Of a stretch of DNA of 64,000 nucleotides, positions 19,949 to 30,821 are shown in pieces. The notes beneath the pieces were generated by a model that saw nothing but the letters and a program-made list of their open reading frames with translations, made no database searches and was not told the origin of the DNA. The DNA comes from Opitutales bacterium (GTDB lineage: Bacteria; Verrucomicrobiota; Verrucomicrobiia; Opitutales; UBA2987), in assembly GCA_965226885.1 (NCBI GenBank), contig CBDDEL010000016.1:768001-832000 (forward strand), in the 5' to 3' direction. Every line of letters starts with the position of its first letter. Positions within the stretch are counted from its first letter, which is position 1. A program made the position numbers and the translations under genes.

Positions 19949-21765
19949 GAGGCTGTCCCAAAAGGGTGATTTTTGCGAGGGCTTTTGATAGGCGCTCATT
20001 TTAGAGGTATTTGCATTTGGGAGAGTATCAACTTTGCTCTCCTATGACGTTAGGATACTGGTTTTGGGGTCCGGTTGCCTGGTTTTCTTTGTATGAGCCG
20101 ACAGTAAGGCTGTGAAAAAGTATTGTCCTTGCTTTTCCGCTCTCTAGGCCGCCGCTTTGGTTTTTAGTTCGTCTTGCTGGGCCAGCATCTTGGCTACTTT
20201 CCATAGGTTGTGCGAGAGTACCGACCAGGCTACGCTGATCGAGCGGTTGGCAAAGCCTTTGCTGCGCAACCGCCCGGCCTGCCAGCGATTCTTCAATACC
20301 CCGATCCGCCCTTCGGTGCTGGCCCGGCGCTTTTGCAATTGCCTGAACAGTGGTTCCTCCATCCGTTTTTTCAACTGCTTCGGATCGCGTGGACAGAGCG
20401 CGTCGTAGATTCCCTCCTGGGCTAACTGCCGGCGGGCCCGCTGGGAGGCAAATCCCCGGTCCGCGCACATGGCCGCTATGGGTTCTTCCAGGTTGAAGCG
20501 GTTCTGTCTTTGCAAACTCTCTTGCATTTGTTCATTTTCGCTTGGAGTTCGGCTGCCGTAGAGTTTCCAGTCCAGCAGGTACCCTTCAACGCTTTCTCCC
20601 AAAAACAGGGTGTTGCCGAACTCGACCTCTTGGCCCGCTTTACCTCGCACAATCACCTGCCCATCGAGTTCGTAAACACTCAAGACTTTCTCTGCGTTTT
20701 TCACCTGGCGGCCGCCAATGATCCGCTCGTGCGCCTGTTTGATGACCACCGGGATTTGCTCGCTCATGCGCTCCATCCGGGCGAGGATCTGTTGGACCTG
20801 TTTCTCGCTGTAATCGCCTTGCTCCCAGCAGGCTTGCAATAATTCCCGTTGACTGCGGGCATGCTCCCCGATCCGTTTGAGCAGCTTTTTCATCTGCCTC
20901 AAGATACCCTTGCGCTGCCGCGCGCTGTCCTTTCGCCGCCGGCTGTGGGTCATCTGTATGCACAGCCGATTCATCTGCCGAGCCAAGGGCTCCGGTTCGA
21001 TCGGCATGCGATGGCGCAAACCGGCCTTCTCGCGGATCAGCCGGATCGCTTTGAGCAACGTGCCGGCTACATCCTTGAGTAATACCCAGTCCGTCGGCCA
21101 ATGAATGTTAGCCTCCAAACAGGTGCCGTCGATCAGGCAAATGGTGGTGTCAATCGGCTTGTCCAATCCCACCTGCCGGGCCAGAAGGGCATCGCCCACC
21201 ACCTCGGTCAAGGTCCGGTGCAAGGCCCTCAACTGCTCTTCGCTGAAAAACTTCGAGGCCCGCTCCAGGGTGCTTTTGGAGATGCCCCTGATGCCATCGA
21301 TCTGCCGGACACGGCAAAAGTCGGCCAACAGATCGCTGCTGCCCAGAGCCCGCGACAAATGCCGAAACGAAATCCCTCCGAGCAGACGGCCCAGCGTATC
21401 CATGCGCAGTGCCTTGATGGCAAAACTGGCCCGCTGCCGCCGGGCCTTTAGACCCATTGGCGGCCACCCCTCCAAGGCCAGCTCAATGGCCTGCGATTCC
21501 ACCTCCGAGTCGATCAGCAGCCGATCGATTCGATCAATGGTGGCGCGGAAGTTATCGTAATCGAGGCACCGGTCGACCACAGTTAAAGCTGGACGCAGGA
21601 GGCATTGGATGGCTATATTTTTCATAGAAAGGGCTATATTGATTTTCGCTAACTCAATTATAGAACCCTTTTTTGGCCGGATCGAGCAAAAACTTGCTCT
21701 TTCCGGCTCTTTTTATCAACGTCATCCAGTTGACTATAAAATCTTTATATTTTTGGGACAGCCTC
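19949..21765 (-). mobile_element. ISNCY-like (ISDol1-group-like) element, copy 1 (1817 bp)
   Basis: 15-bp perfect IR GAGGCTGTCCCAAAA; flanks TATTTA / TAGCCT do not match; same element as 47450-50400. Family assignment inferred from size, TSD length and motifs. Confidence 0.85.
20144..21625 (-). CDS. DDE transposase (ISNCY/IS5-like)
   Basis: DGTCLEANIHWPTD, RGKAGQEVEFG, ADRGF, RRASTEGRIG. Confidence 0.88.
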   Translation of the reverse strand: MKNIAIQCLLRPALTVVDRCLDYDNFRATIDRIDRLLIDSEVESQAIELALEGWPPMGLKARRQRASFAIKALRMDTLGRLLGGISFRHLSRALGSSDLLADFCRVRQIDGIRGISKSTLERASKFFSEEQLRALHRTLTEVVGDALLARQVGLDKPIDTTICLIDGTCLEANIHWPTDWVLLKDVAGTLLKAIRLIREKAGLRHRMPIEPEPLARQMNRLCIQMTHSRRRKDSARQRKGILRQMKKLLKRIGEHARSQRELLQACWEQGDYSEKQVQQILARMERMSEQIPVVIKQAHERIIGGRQVKNAEKVLSVYELDGQVIVRGKAGQEVEFGNTLFLGESVEGYLLDWKLYGSRTPSENEQMQESLQRQNRFNLEEPIAAMCADRGFASQRARRQLAQEGIYDALCPRDPKQLKKRMEEPLFRQLQKRRASTEGRIGVLKNRWQAGRLRSKGFANRSISVAWSVLSHNLWKVAKMLAQQDELKTKAAA

Positions 21766-23378
21766 TAGCCTACTTTGCGGGCTGCTTCGGTCAGAGCTTT
21801 GAGCCCGGCATTGTCCGAGATGAGAGATCGTATTTCCTCGGTCACAAGGACCAATTCGTGAAAGGCGACACGCCCGCGGTAACCGGTGTCCCGGCAGTCC
21901 TTGCAGCCGCGGCCCTGATAAAGAGGCACTTCGCAACCCTCGATATCGTAAAAAAACCGCCCCAACAACTCCGCCGAGGGCATAAAGGACTCCTTGCATT
22001 TATCGCAAATGCGGGCCGCCAGGCGCGGGCCCAGCACGCCCAGAATGCAAGGCGCCACCATGTAGGCGGGTATCCCGATTTCCACCAGCCGGATAATAGC
22101 CTGAATGGCGTTGTTGGTATGCAGGGTGGACATTACGAGATGGCCGGTGAGGGCCGCCTCGGTGGCGATTTTGGCCGTTTCGAGGTCACGGATTTCCCCC
22201 ATCAGGATAACGTCCGGGTCCTGCCTCAGAAGGGAGCGCAGCAAAATGGCGAAATTCAGGTCGATATGGCTGTTGACTTGTGACTGGACAAGCCCTTCCA
22301 GACGCATTTCGACCGGGTCCTCGATGGTGCAAATATTGACATTGGGACCATTGATATGCTGCAAAGCGGCATACAAGGTAGTGGTTTTACCCGATCCCGT
22401 AGGTCCGGTAACGAAGATGATACCGTTGGGGCTTCTGGTCAGTTTTTTAAAGGGAATGAGGACACTTTGCGAAATGAGCATTTGGTCCAGGGTGAGAAAA
22501 TCTTTCTTGCCGGAAGGAGTGAGGATGCGAATGACAATTTTTTCGCCGTCGATTGTGGGAATGAAGGACACCCGAAAGCTCACCTTGTTGGTTCCCAGGG
22601 AGATGGTAAAACGGCCGTCCTGAGGAAACCTGGTTTCGGAGATATTCACCCCGCAGAGGATTTTCGCCCGCACCGTAAGGGCTTTTAAAATACTTTTGGA
22701 AAAATGAAGAACTTCCCGCAGACGGCCGTCGATGCGCAGCCGGATGCGGGTAGTTTCCTCTTGCGGCTCCATATGAATATCCGAAGTCCGCTCCTTGATG
22801 GCCAGGTAGAGCAGAGAGTTGAAGATTTTTATGATCGACCTGGACTCGCCCATGTTGGCCAAATCGTCGGGGCTCAGTTCCGATACAAGCAAACCCTCCG
22901 TTTTTTCCAAAGCGACAATCGAATCCTGAATGCTGACCTCGCTCGAATAATGCACCTCGATGGCATCCCGGATTTGGCAAGGCAGGGCAAAAACCGGGCT
23001 GATCTGTAAACCGCTGATGCCCTCCAAACGGCGCATGGTCGATTCATTGAAAGGGTCCGACATGGCCACCGTGAGATGCGCATCGATTCGGTAAAGAGGA
23101 AGGACTCCGGTTTTTAAAGCTATATTGTGCGGAATTTTTTCCAGGGCCTCAGGCATGACCAGGCTGGAAATGGGATCCACGTAGGCCAGGGACAGAGAAT
23201 CGGCCCATAGTTTACAGCCCGCGGAGTGGGAAATCAGATCCTCCCGGATAAGAGCTTCCACAAAATCAGCCGACGCGCTATCGTAGCGAATGGCCAGGCG
23301 CTCGTAATCTTCGGGTTGAATCTGGATTTTGTTCGCCTGCAGAATCGACAGAAATTTATCCTCGACTATTGTTTCCAC
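21765..23378 (-). pseudogene. GspE/PilB-family secretion ATPase, extreme C-terminus truncated by IS
   Basis: Walker A GPTGSGKTTT, TIEDPVE, LRQDPDVILMGEIRD, STLHTN, two CxxC. The stop is formed at the IS junction after AARKVG, before the usual ...TT.EEV tail. Confidence 0.85.
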
Positions 23379-23577
23379 GGGACCTCCTGCGATTTTTCTT
23401 CAAGATTCCAATCATTTCAGCCTGAATTTCAGCCTGATCGACCAGTTCGCGGGCCAGGATGGAGTTCTGCCTCTCTTCTTCCACCTCGGCGAGAAGTTCC
23501 GGGAGGGAATACTTGACCTCGTTAATGACCGGTGAAGATTTCGGCTTTTTCTCCGTGCCTGGCATATTTTCGGGCAT
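23356..23577 (-). CDS. Small hypothetical protein between the receiver gene and the ATPase
   Basis: 73 aa; operon-like position overlapping the ATPase start; contains an in-frame 12-bp duplication. Confidence 0.6.
   Translation of the reverse strand: MPENMPGTEKKPKSSPVINEVKYSLPELLAEVEEERQNSILARELVDQAEIQAEMIGILKKNRRRSRGNNSRG
23414..23437. repeat. Perfect 12-bp tandem duplication (in frame)
   Basis: ATTTCAGCCTGA x2, encoding QAEI-QAEM. Confidence 0.9.
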
Positions 23578-23611
23578 GATAGATAATGTTCAAATACCGC
23601 CGCCCTACCCC

Positions 23612-25321
23612 TTAAACCAGATTGAGTTCCTCAAAAGTCTCGATAATGAGGCGGGATATATCCTCTTTGGGGGTATCTTTGCGGAAATATTGCACCGCCC
23701 CATTGTCAGCGCTCTGCTCAACCGATTGCCGGGAAGCGATCGAAGTCATCATAATGACAACCGCATCGGGATCAAAATCGGTAATTTTTCCCAGTGCTTC
23801 AAGCCCGTCCATACCGGGCATGTTGATATCCATCAACACCAGTTCGGGCCTCTCTTGCTTATAGCACTCGATACCTTCAATTCCATTGGCTGCCTCCAAA
23901 ACCGTCTCCACCCCAAGTTCGGTCAAAATTGACGTGTACTGGATTTGTTGGACACGGGATTCTCTTATATTCATTGTTTATTGATTAGTGTGTCAGGCGG
24001 CTTGTTTTGGTAAAGGGTTTTGTTTTCTCGTTGCCCCCCATGGGGGGCAAATATTTTCCTCGAATTGGACTGGGCTTTGGTAACTCAGAGAGGAATGTTT
24101 GCGATATCGGTTGTAGAAGATTTCCACGTATTCGAAGACAGTTGATCGCAGTTCGCGCTCGTCGGCAAAGTGGCGGCCTCGAATCGTGCTGGTCTTGAAG
24201 CGGCCGTAGAACGATTCCATGGCCGCGTTGTCGTAGCAGTTGCCTTGGGCGCTCATGCTCGGCTTCATGCCTAGTTCAGAGACCAGCCTCTGATAGTCGT
24301 CGCTGGCGTAGGGGCTGCCCCGATCGCTGTGATGAATAATCCTGGTGCGCAGTGTGCCGCGGGTCATGGCCGCGGCTTTGAGGGCCTTGCCAACCAGCTT
24401 CGCGTCGTTGTGGTTGGAAACGCTCCAGCCCAGCAGGCGTCGGCTGAACAGGTCCATCACCGTGGCCAAGTACATCCAACCGGCCAGGGTCCGTAGGTAG
24501 GTCGTGTCCGCCACCCAGACCTCGTCGATATGGGTCGGCTGGCCATGCTTTTTAAGCACATTGGGGCTGTAACCATAGGGATGGTTACTGTTGGTTTTTA
24601 ATGGCTTAAAGCGTTTACTCTGGGTGCTTTTGATTCCCATTTCACGCATCAGACGCAGAGCCCGGTCACGGCCGCAATCGATGCCCTCATCATCCTTCAG
24701 ATGGCGGTGCATTGGCCGATGCCCATAGCGGCCCTTGGCCTCTTTGTGTACCTTCAGGATCGCCCCCTTGATTCCCTCGTCCTCGATCCGCCGGGCCGAG
24801 GGCGCTCGGTGCCTCCAGCAGTAATAGCCACTGCGACAAATCCCCATCGCCGAGCATATTTCCTCGATCTTGAAGCGCCCCTCGTTGTCTTTGACAAACT
24901 GGTACTTCATTGTTCGTCCTTGGCAAAGTAGCCCACCGTTTTTTTTAGTATCTGGTTGATCCGCTCCGAGCGGCGCAGCTCTTTGCGAAGACGATCTATC
25001 TCGGCCGCCATCTCCTTCGGACTGCTCTGTCGCTTTGAGGTGGCTTCGCCCTGCTGATCGTCCAGATAGAGCCTCTTCCACCTATACAATTGGTTGGTGT
25101 TGACCCCAAGTTTGGTCGATACCTCGGTGGCGCTCAGACCATCGAGTATCATCAGTTGAACTGCCTCATTTCTGAACTCTATACTAAAGCGTCTTCTTCC
25201 CATGCTTCGATTCTCCATTTAGGAGAATCTCGTGTCCACTTTTTCCAGTGCACATCAACTTCAGGTAGAGGCGCATGTGAGCCTCATCATCCACGATCAA
25301 TGCATTTTTAAGCGCTATCAT
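23612..25321 (-). pseudogene. CheY-like single-domain response regulator split by IS3 type B copy 2
   Basis: 25321-25258 encodes MIALKNALIVDDEAHMRLYLK; 23929-23612 encodes ILTELGVETVLEAANG...MDINMPGMDG...; the halves join if 2 nt are supplied. Confidence 0.88.
23930..25257 (-). mobile_element. IS3-family element type B, copy 2 (1328 bp)
   Basis: Same IRs and ORFs as 11223-12550; no TSD. Confidence 0.95.
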
Positions 25322-25531
25322 AATCTTTCTGTTTTTTAACGGTGCTAGCCAAACAACTCCTCGCCACCTTTTTATCGGACACCATTATGGCAAATTAAAT
25401 GGCATTTGTCCTTCCCGTGGGCCTGGGCAGAAACTCAGTCCGGCTAACCAATGATGGTTGCAGTTTGTTCAGAGAACCGTTTTGATGAAAACCCGGCCTA
25501 GAGAATTACTAAAATTGGGAGAAAGATACAG

Positions 25532-26440
25532 ATGGACATAGCACGGGAGCAAATAGATGAGGAATTTGAGCGCCAGGAGGATGAATTTCGGGACTGGGTT
25601 TCGTCCGACGGGAAGTCCGGCTGCCTCCCAGAAGCGGACCGCTACCATTTGTATGTTTCCTTGGCTTGCCCCTGGGCCCACCGGACAATCATCGTGCGAA
25701 AGCTCAAGAGGCTGGAAAATATTATCGGAATGACGGTGGTTGATCCGGTCCGGGATGAAAGTGGCTGGCGATTCGGAACAGGTCCGGGATTTTCAGAGGA
25801 TACTGTCAATGGTTTCCGATTCCTCATGGAGGCTTACCGGGCGACGAATCCGAACTTCAACGGACGGGCAACTGTCCCGGTGCTCTGGGATAAAAAAGAA
25901 AAACGGATCGTCAACAACTCGGAGGACGATATCTCAAAGATGTTCAATGATTCATTCAACGCTTTCACGGATAGAAATCTGGACCTGTTTCCAGCCGAAT
26001 TTGAGCATGAAATGAAGTCTTTGGCCGATTTAATTTATGAAAACGTGAACAATGGAGTCTATCGGGCGGGATTTGCGGGCAGTCAAAAGGTTTACCAGGA
26101 GTGGGCGCAAAAACTGTTTGCAACGCTCGATTTATTGGAAAAACACCTGGAAAATAAAAGGTACCTCCTGGGAGATCGTATAACAGAAACGGACTGGCGT
26201 CTTTTTTGCACCTTAATCCGATTCGACGCTGTTTACTATGTGCATTTCAAGTGCAATGTGCGCCGAATTGTGGATTACCCAAACCTTTGGAACTACCTGC
26301 GAAACCTTTACCACCACGACGGGATTGCCCAAACTGTTAATTTAGATCACATCAAACGTCACTACTACATCACCCACCAGGATATAAACCCAACCCAGTT
26401 TGTGCCCATCGGCTCAGACATTGATTTCGAAAAATCCTGA
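25532..26440 (+). CDS. Glutathionyl-hydroquinone reductase (YqjG/ECM4-type GST)
   Basis: RYHLYVSLACPWAHR, TVPVLWD, NNGVYRAGFA, RFDAVYYVHFKCN, HIKRHYY. Confidence 0.92.
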   Translation: MDIAREQIDEEFERQEDEFRDWVSSDGKSGCLPEADRYHLYVSLACPWAHRTIIVRKLKRLENIIGMTVVDPVRDESGWRFGTGPGFSEDTVNGFRFLMEAYRATNPNFNGRATVPVLWDKKEKRIVNNSEDDISKMFNDSFNAFTDRNLDLFPAEFEHEMKSLADLIYENVNNGVYRAGFAGSQKVYQEWAQKLFATLDLLEKHLENKRYLLGDRITETDWRLFCTLIRFDAVYYVHFKCNVRRIVDYPNLWNYLRNLYHHDGIAQTVNLDHIKRHYYITHQDINPTQFVPIGSDIDFEKS

Positions 26441-26533
26441 AGCGGTCATGACAATCTTTATGATATTAGGTGGGCTTCCGAAGGGTTTGTTCGTTTAATT
26501 CGGTTTTCTGTTTATTATCAAGCGATTGATTAC

Positions 26534-27922
26534 TTAATTCGGAGATAAGAGTTTTTTTAAAAAAGTCATCCCTTGCTCGGTTGTTTCGATAACGCCGTCC
26601 AGTTGCGCTTCATAACAGGCTTCCAGGAGGGATTTGAATTGAGGACCGGGGGTCATACCCATTTCAATCAAATGCCTTCCCATGAGAATAGGTTTGGGCG
26701 CGGCGTCTTTGACCGTCAGCGCTTCAGCCCGGTCCAGCAACCAGTCCAGAGAAGCTGTATCGGGTTCCGGCAGTGGAGGCCGTCCCCGCATGTCCGCCCG
26801 AACCACCCGCGCCAGGCGATCGATTCGTTTTACAGAGCGAGCCAGCCTGCGCACGGCGGAATCACCAGCCCCGGCTTTGAAAAGTTCCATCGGCCGCATG
26901 TGCGCCCTCACCAGCGGAGCTACTTCCTCAAGCAGGTCTTTATGCCGGGTCAATCGGGAAAGAAAGCCCCTGGTAATGCCCTCGCCTTCCACATCGTGGC
27001 CCGGAGAGCGGATGCGGCCGTCATCTCCGGCAACCGATGTCGCCGGTTTGCCCAGATCGTGGCAGAGGATGGCCAGCCCAATCACCAGGTCTTCCCATTC
27101 CACTCCGGTTCTATCTGCGGCAAAAGCATCCAGGCAATACAGGGTATGTATCCAGACATCGCCTTCGGGATGCCAAAGCGGGTCCTGCGGGCAGCCGTCG
27201 AGAGCATTCAGTTCGGGAAAATAGGCGAGCCATCCGCATTCCTTTAAAAAATTCAGACCAACAGACGGCTTTTTCCCTTTCAAAATTAATTTTTTCCATT
27301 CCTCGAAAATCCGTTCCGGGGAGAGGTCTTCCATGCCGATACCGCGGCAAAGTTCAATCGTCTCCGCTGCCACCCGCAATTCATAGCGGGCGGCCAGTTG
27401 CATGGCCCGTAAAACGCGCAAGGGATCCTCGGAAAATTTTATTCCGACATGCTTCAATTTTCCTTTTTCAAGATCGGCCCGTCCGCCAAAAGGATCGATG
27501 ATTTCATTGCTTAGAAGGTCCCAGGAAATGGCATTGATGGTAAAATCCCGGCGGGAAGCGGCCTCGCGCATGGATAAATCGGGGGCTTCCTCAATAGCGA
27601 ACCCCCGATGCCCTTCGGCTATTTTCGTTTCCCGGCGAGGTAGCGATACATCCACCGGAAAGCCCTGTATTTTGAAAACGCCGAAGGCCCTTCCCACCCA
27701 GTCCAGGGAAAATTCCCTTGAAAGCGCTTTTTTGAGGCGTTGAGCGGACAAACCGAAAACTTCGATATCCGCATCGACCACCGGAACATCCAGGAAGGCA
27801 TCGCGCACACAGCCACCCACCAATAGGGCGCGCCCACCCGCCCCTGCAACCAAATGAAAGATTTTTCGGCAAACAAAATCCAGCTCTTCGGGCAGAGGAT
27901 GCGGTTTTTCAGGCATTGGCAT
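26534..27922 (-). CDS. tRNA nucleotidyltransferase (CCA-adding / poly(A) polymerase family) with HD domain
   Basis: VGGCVRD, DADIE, RRDFTINA, EDPLRVLR, HPEGDVWIHT, HDLGK. Confidence 0.9.
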   Translation of the reverse strand: MPMPEKPHPLPEELDFVCRKIFHLVAGAGGRALLVGGCVRDAFLDVPVVDADIEVFGLSAQRLKKALSREFSLDWVGRAFGVFKIQGFPVDVSLPRRETKIAEGHRGFAIEEAPDLSMREAASRRDFTINAISWDLLSNEIIDPFGGRADLEKGKLKHVGIKFSEDPLRVLRAMQLAARYELRVAAETIELCRGIGMEDLSPERIFEEWKKLILKGKKPSVGLNFLKECGWLAYFPELNALDGCPQDPLWHPEGDVWIHTLYCLDAFAADRTGVEWEDLVIGLAILCHDLGKPATSVAGDDGRIRSPGHDVEGEGITRGFLSRLTRHKDLLEEVAPLVRAHMRPMELFKAGAGDSAVRRLARSVKRIDRLARVVRADMRGRPPLPEPDTASLDWLLDRAEALTVKDAAPKPILMGRHLIEMGMTPGPQFKSLLEACYEAQLDGVIETTEQGMTFLKKLLSPN

Positions 27923-27944
27923 GACGAAACCGGTTCAAACGCGC

Positions 27945-28556
27945 TCAGGCGAAAAAAGTTTCCTCAAGCATCAAAGCGAGGCAATGATAAACGGGCAGGT
28001 GACATTCCTGCACCCGGTAAACCTCGGTTTCGGGAACGCGGATGCAAATATCCGCATTTTGCATAAGGGAACCTCCGCTCTGGCCGGTCAATCCGATTAC
28101 AGTCAAGCCTTTGGCCCGAGCGACTTCCGCCGCTTTGAGAATATTCATTGAATTTCCGGATGTGCTGATGCAAAGAAGCGCATCGCATTCGTCCCCTAGC
28201 CCCCAGACCAGTTGGGCGAATCCCAGAAGCGCGTCGCAGTCGTTGGCAAAAGCAGTCAGTAAACTATCGAATGCGGGCAGGGGAATGACTGGCAAGGCGC
28301 CCTCTAATCTGGAGGCCAATTGCGGACCAAGACGGCGGCGCCATTCCTCGTCCAGAGGCCGGTTATGGGCAAAGCCTTTGAGCAATTCGGCAGAAATGTG
28401 GGCGCAATCGGCGGCGCTCCCGCCATTGCCGCAAAGAAGCAGCTTGCCACCGCCGGCAAAAACGGTGCTGAGGGCTTCATGAGCCGCCGACAGGTCCTCC
28501 CGGCAGACCATCAAGGCTGGATAACGTTTCAATAAAGATTCCAGAAACACACTCAT
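27945..28556 (-). CDS. gmhA: Phosphoheptose isomerase (SIS domain)
   Basis: CGNGGSAADCAH, ISTSGNS, QECHL. Confidence 0.85.
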   Translation of the reverse strand: MSVFLESLLKRYPALMVCREDLSAAHEALSTVFAGGGKLLLCGNGGSAADCAHISAELLKGFAHNRPLDEEWRRRLGPQLASRLEGALPVIPLPAFDSLLTAFANDCDALLGFAQLVWGLGDECDALLCISTSGNSMNILKAAEVARAKGLTVIGLTGQSGGSLMQNADICIRVPETEVYRVQECHLPVYHCLALMLEETFFA

Positions 28557-28788
28557 TCTCTTAATACAATGGGCACAATAAAGAGAAAAGGACGGGCGGG
28601 AACAATAAAATTAAATGCTCGCGGGGTTGCCGAATACCAAGAGTAAAGATACCTTCCAAAATCGTAAAGTCTTGACCTTGTGGCGGAAATGAATATATAT
28701 GAACCACCATCCGTCGATGGGAAAATAATTGAAAGAGATTCACCAATGAGATTTATGATTACCTCAAATTCGGACAATATTTTCTGAA

Positions 28789-29160
28789 ATGGGCAAAATT
28801 CTCATAATCGACGATGATTTGGCTATGTGCGACATGCTCAAAATGGCCCTCGGAAATGAAGGCCATAAAGTGGTTGCAAAGCAAAACGGGGAAGAGGCGG
28901 TGGCCCACTATTGCGAAGAGCCAGCCGACCTCATCATCACAGACATTTTCATGCCCTTAAAAGATGGCATCGAAATCATCCTGGAATTGCAGGGCCGGTT
29001 CTCGAATTTGAAAATAATCGTTATTTCCGGCGGGGGCGCCACAGGTGTGGGAACATCGGACGTATTTGTCGCGGCCAAGGAATTTGGGGCCAATTATACC
29101 TTTAAAAAACCCTTTAAAATCGAGGATATGATGAAAGCGGTGCGAAATTTGCTAAATTGA
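28789..29160 (+). CDS. Single-domain response regulator
   Basis: ILIIDDD, ITDIFMP, ISGG, KPF. Confidence 0.9.
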   Translation: MGKILIIDDDLAMCDMLKMALGNEGHKVVAKQNGEEAVAHYCEEPADLIITDIFMPLKDGIEIILELQGRFSNLKIIVISGGGATGVGTSDVFVAAKEFGANYTFKKPFKIEDMMKAVRNLLN

Positions 29161-29337
29161 GCCCATTCTCCAGTTTTCGATTTTTGTTGCCATTTTTGAA
29201 TAAATATTCTAGATTTCGCGACATTTAATAGATGAAATGCCGTTCAGGCTGCCCCCAAACCGCGATTTAGCAAAAATCCGGCTTTTTTAGTTCGGAAATA
29301 TTTGGGATGAGCCGACTTGATAATGGGAAGCAATCAG

Positions 29338-29829
29338 ATGAAAAAAACCGAAATAAAAGGCTTTTCTCTTATTGAAATTTTTATCGCCATTACTATCATT
29401 GGTTTCCTCATTACTATGGCTGTCCCGGCGGTCCGAAAAGTGATTCGCGCAAGCCAAAACAATGTCATTACCAACGACTTAAGAGTTTTTTCATCAGCTT
29501 TTCAGCAATACGCCGGAGAATTTGGCAATTATCCCGACGACCAAGCCTCGGGAAATTCCTACCCGACGGGGATGGAGGGATACCTGAGGGAAACGACCTG
29601 GATACGGGTAACGCCCATCGGCGGAAATTACGATTGGGACAAAAACGCAATGCATCAGGGGACCAAGTACGAAGCCGTCATTACCATCAATGAGGCCCAA
29701 GACAATGATATCATTGTGAGCTTGGAGCAATTGGAGGAAATTGACGATCTGATTGATGACGGCGATCTCAATGCGGGTTATTTCCGCTTGGGTAAAAGAA
29801 ACGCGCCTATTTTCATTGTTGCGGAGTGA
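29338..29829 (+). CDS. Type IV pilin / T2SS pseudopilin-like protein
   Basis: Class III signal MKKTEIKG|FSLIE followed by a hydrophobic helix. Confidence 0.85.
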   Translation: MKKTEIKGFSLIEIFIAITIIGFLITMAVPAVRKVIRASQNNVITNDLRVFSSAFQQYAGEFGNYPDDQASGNSYPTGMEGYLRETTWIRVTPIGGNYDWDKNAMHQGTKYEAVITINEAQDNDIIVSLEQLEEIDDLIDDGDLNAGYFRLGKRNAPIFIVAE

Positions 29830-29883
29830 GCCGATCTCCAGATGGCCACGACGGCTAATGTTGGGGCGGTAACCGGATCTTAT

Positions 29884-30771
29884 TTATTGCAAAAGTTCCG
29901 TCAGGCTACCCGGAAAGCGATAATAAATATCCTTGTAAAACTCGATCTCGTCGTTGCTTACCAGGTTGATAATTTCCCGCTCGTCCAGAATGGCCTGGAG
30001 AGTGCCTTCGCTTCTTGCGTAAGCGTAGGTTCCTTCATCCTCCACATTCAGAACGACCTGATCCAATTCCCTCGAATAGTTGTACTCATAGAGCTTGGCA
30101 ACGGCGTTTCCGGACAGGTGAATGACCAAATCTCCCTCCTCGCTCCCCGTCATATAAGTTCCCGCATAAATGGCTTCGAGGGAGGCAATTTCCGCCTGGG
30201 CGCTGACAAGATCGTTTTCAATGGGCGGAAAACGATTGTCGATTTCTCCGAAATAGATCCAGGCACCGGTGGTTCCTCCCACCACTAAAATGACATAAAC
30301 GGCCGTCTGGATGAACCGGGCCAGGTTGTAAGCCCTTTTTTGCGCCTTGTCGTAATCATCGGCGGTCATCTCCGCCGGAGGCGTATAATCGAATTCCTCT
30401 CCCGACACGAAAACAATCGCCTCCTGCACTGTGACCTCCACATCGCGCTCGTGGGCGACATCAAGATTCGAGGCATAAAGCTGGCCCTCTCTGCTTTCCA
30501 GGGTAAAGTTCACCCATCGGGATTTAGCCACCACCAAGGGTGGGAATTGCATGTCTTCAGAACACTTCAGCTTCACCATCCTCTCAATATACTGACACAG
30601 CTCCTCCCGGCTGAGGTTTCCGATTTCGTTCAACCCGAACTCATCCCCGGCAGCAAGGAAATCTTTATCCACGCTCCTGGAGGTAACTTTAATAACCGTA
30701 ATCAAAATATGGAGTCTGCTAGCTTCCTCAAATTGCGATATTCCTGAAAGGAACCCCTCGGACGGAAACAA
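29884..30771 (-). CDS. Hypothetical single-pass membrane protein
   Basis: 295-aa ORF with a central TM (AVYVILVVGGTTGAWIYF) and an acidic C-terminal domain. Confidence 0.65.
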   Translation of the reverse strand: MFPSEGFLSGISQFEEASRLHILITVIKVTSRSVDKDFLAAGDEFGLNEIGNLSREELCQYIERMVKLKCSEDMQFPPLVVAKSRWVNFTLESREGQLYASNLDVAHERDVEVTVQEAIVFVSGEEFDYTPPAEMTADDYDKAQKRAYNLARFIQTAVYVILVVGGTTGAWIYFGEIDNRFPPIENDLVSAQAEIASLEAIYAGTYMTGSEEGDLVIHLSGNAVAKLYEYNYSRELDQVVLNVEDEGTYAYARSEGTLQAILDEREIINLVSNDEIEFYKDIYYRFPGSLTELLQ

Positions 30772-30821
30772 TTACATGAAATTGGCTTAGAAATGACCCT
30801 TTCATCGGTCAGTTAATAGAA

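Noticed and set aside
23612..23974. Track ORFs starting MNIRESRVQQIQYTS (also 59312-59572) as real genes
   Set aside because: The N-terminus is IS end sequence read outward, and the receiver fusion lacks the first strand and the DD acidic pocket.
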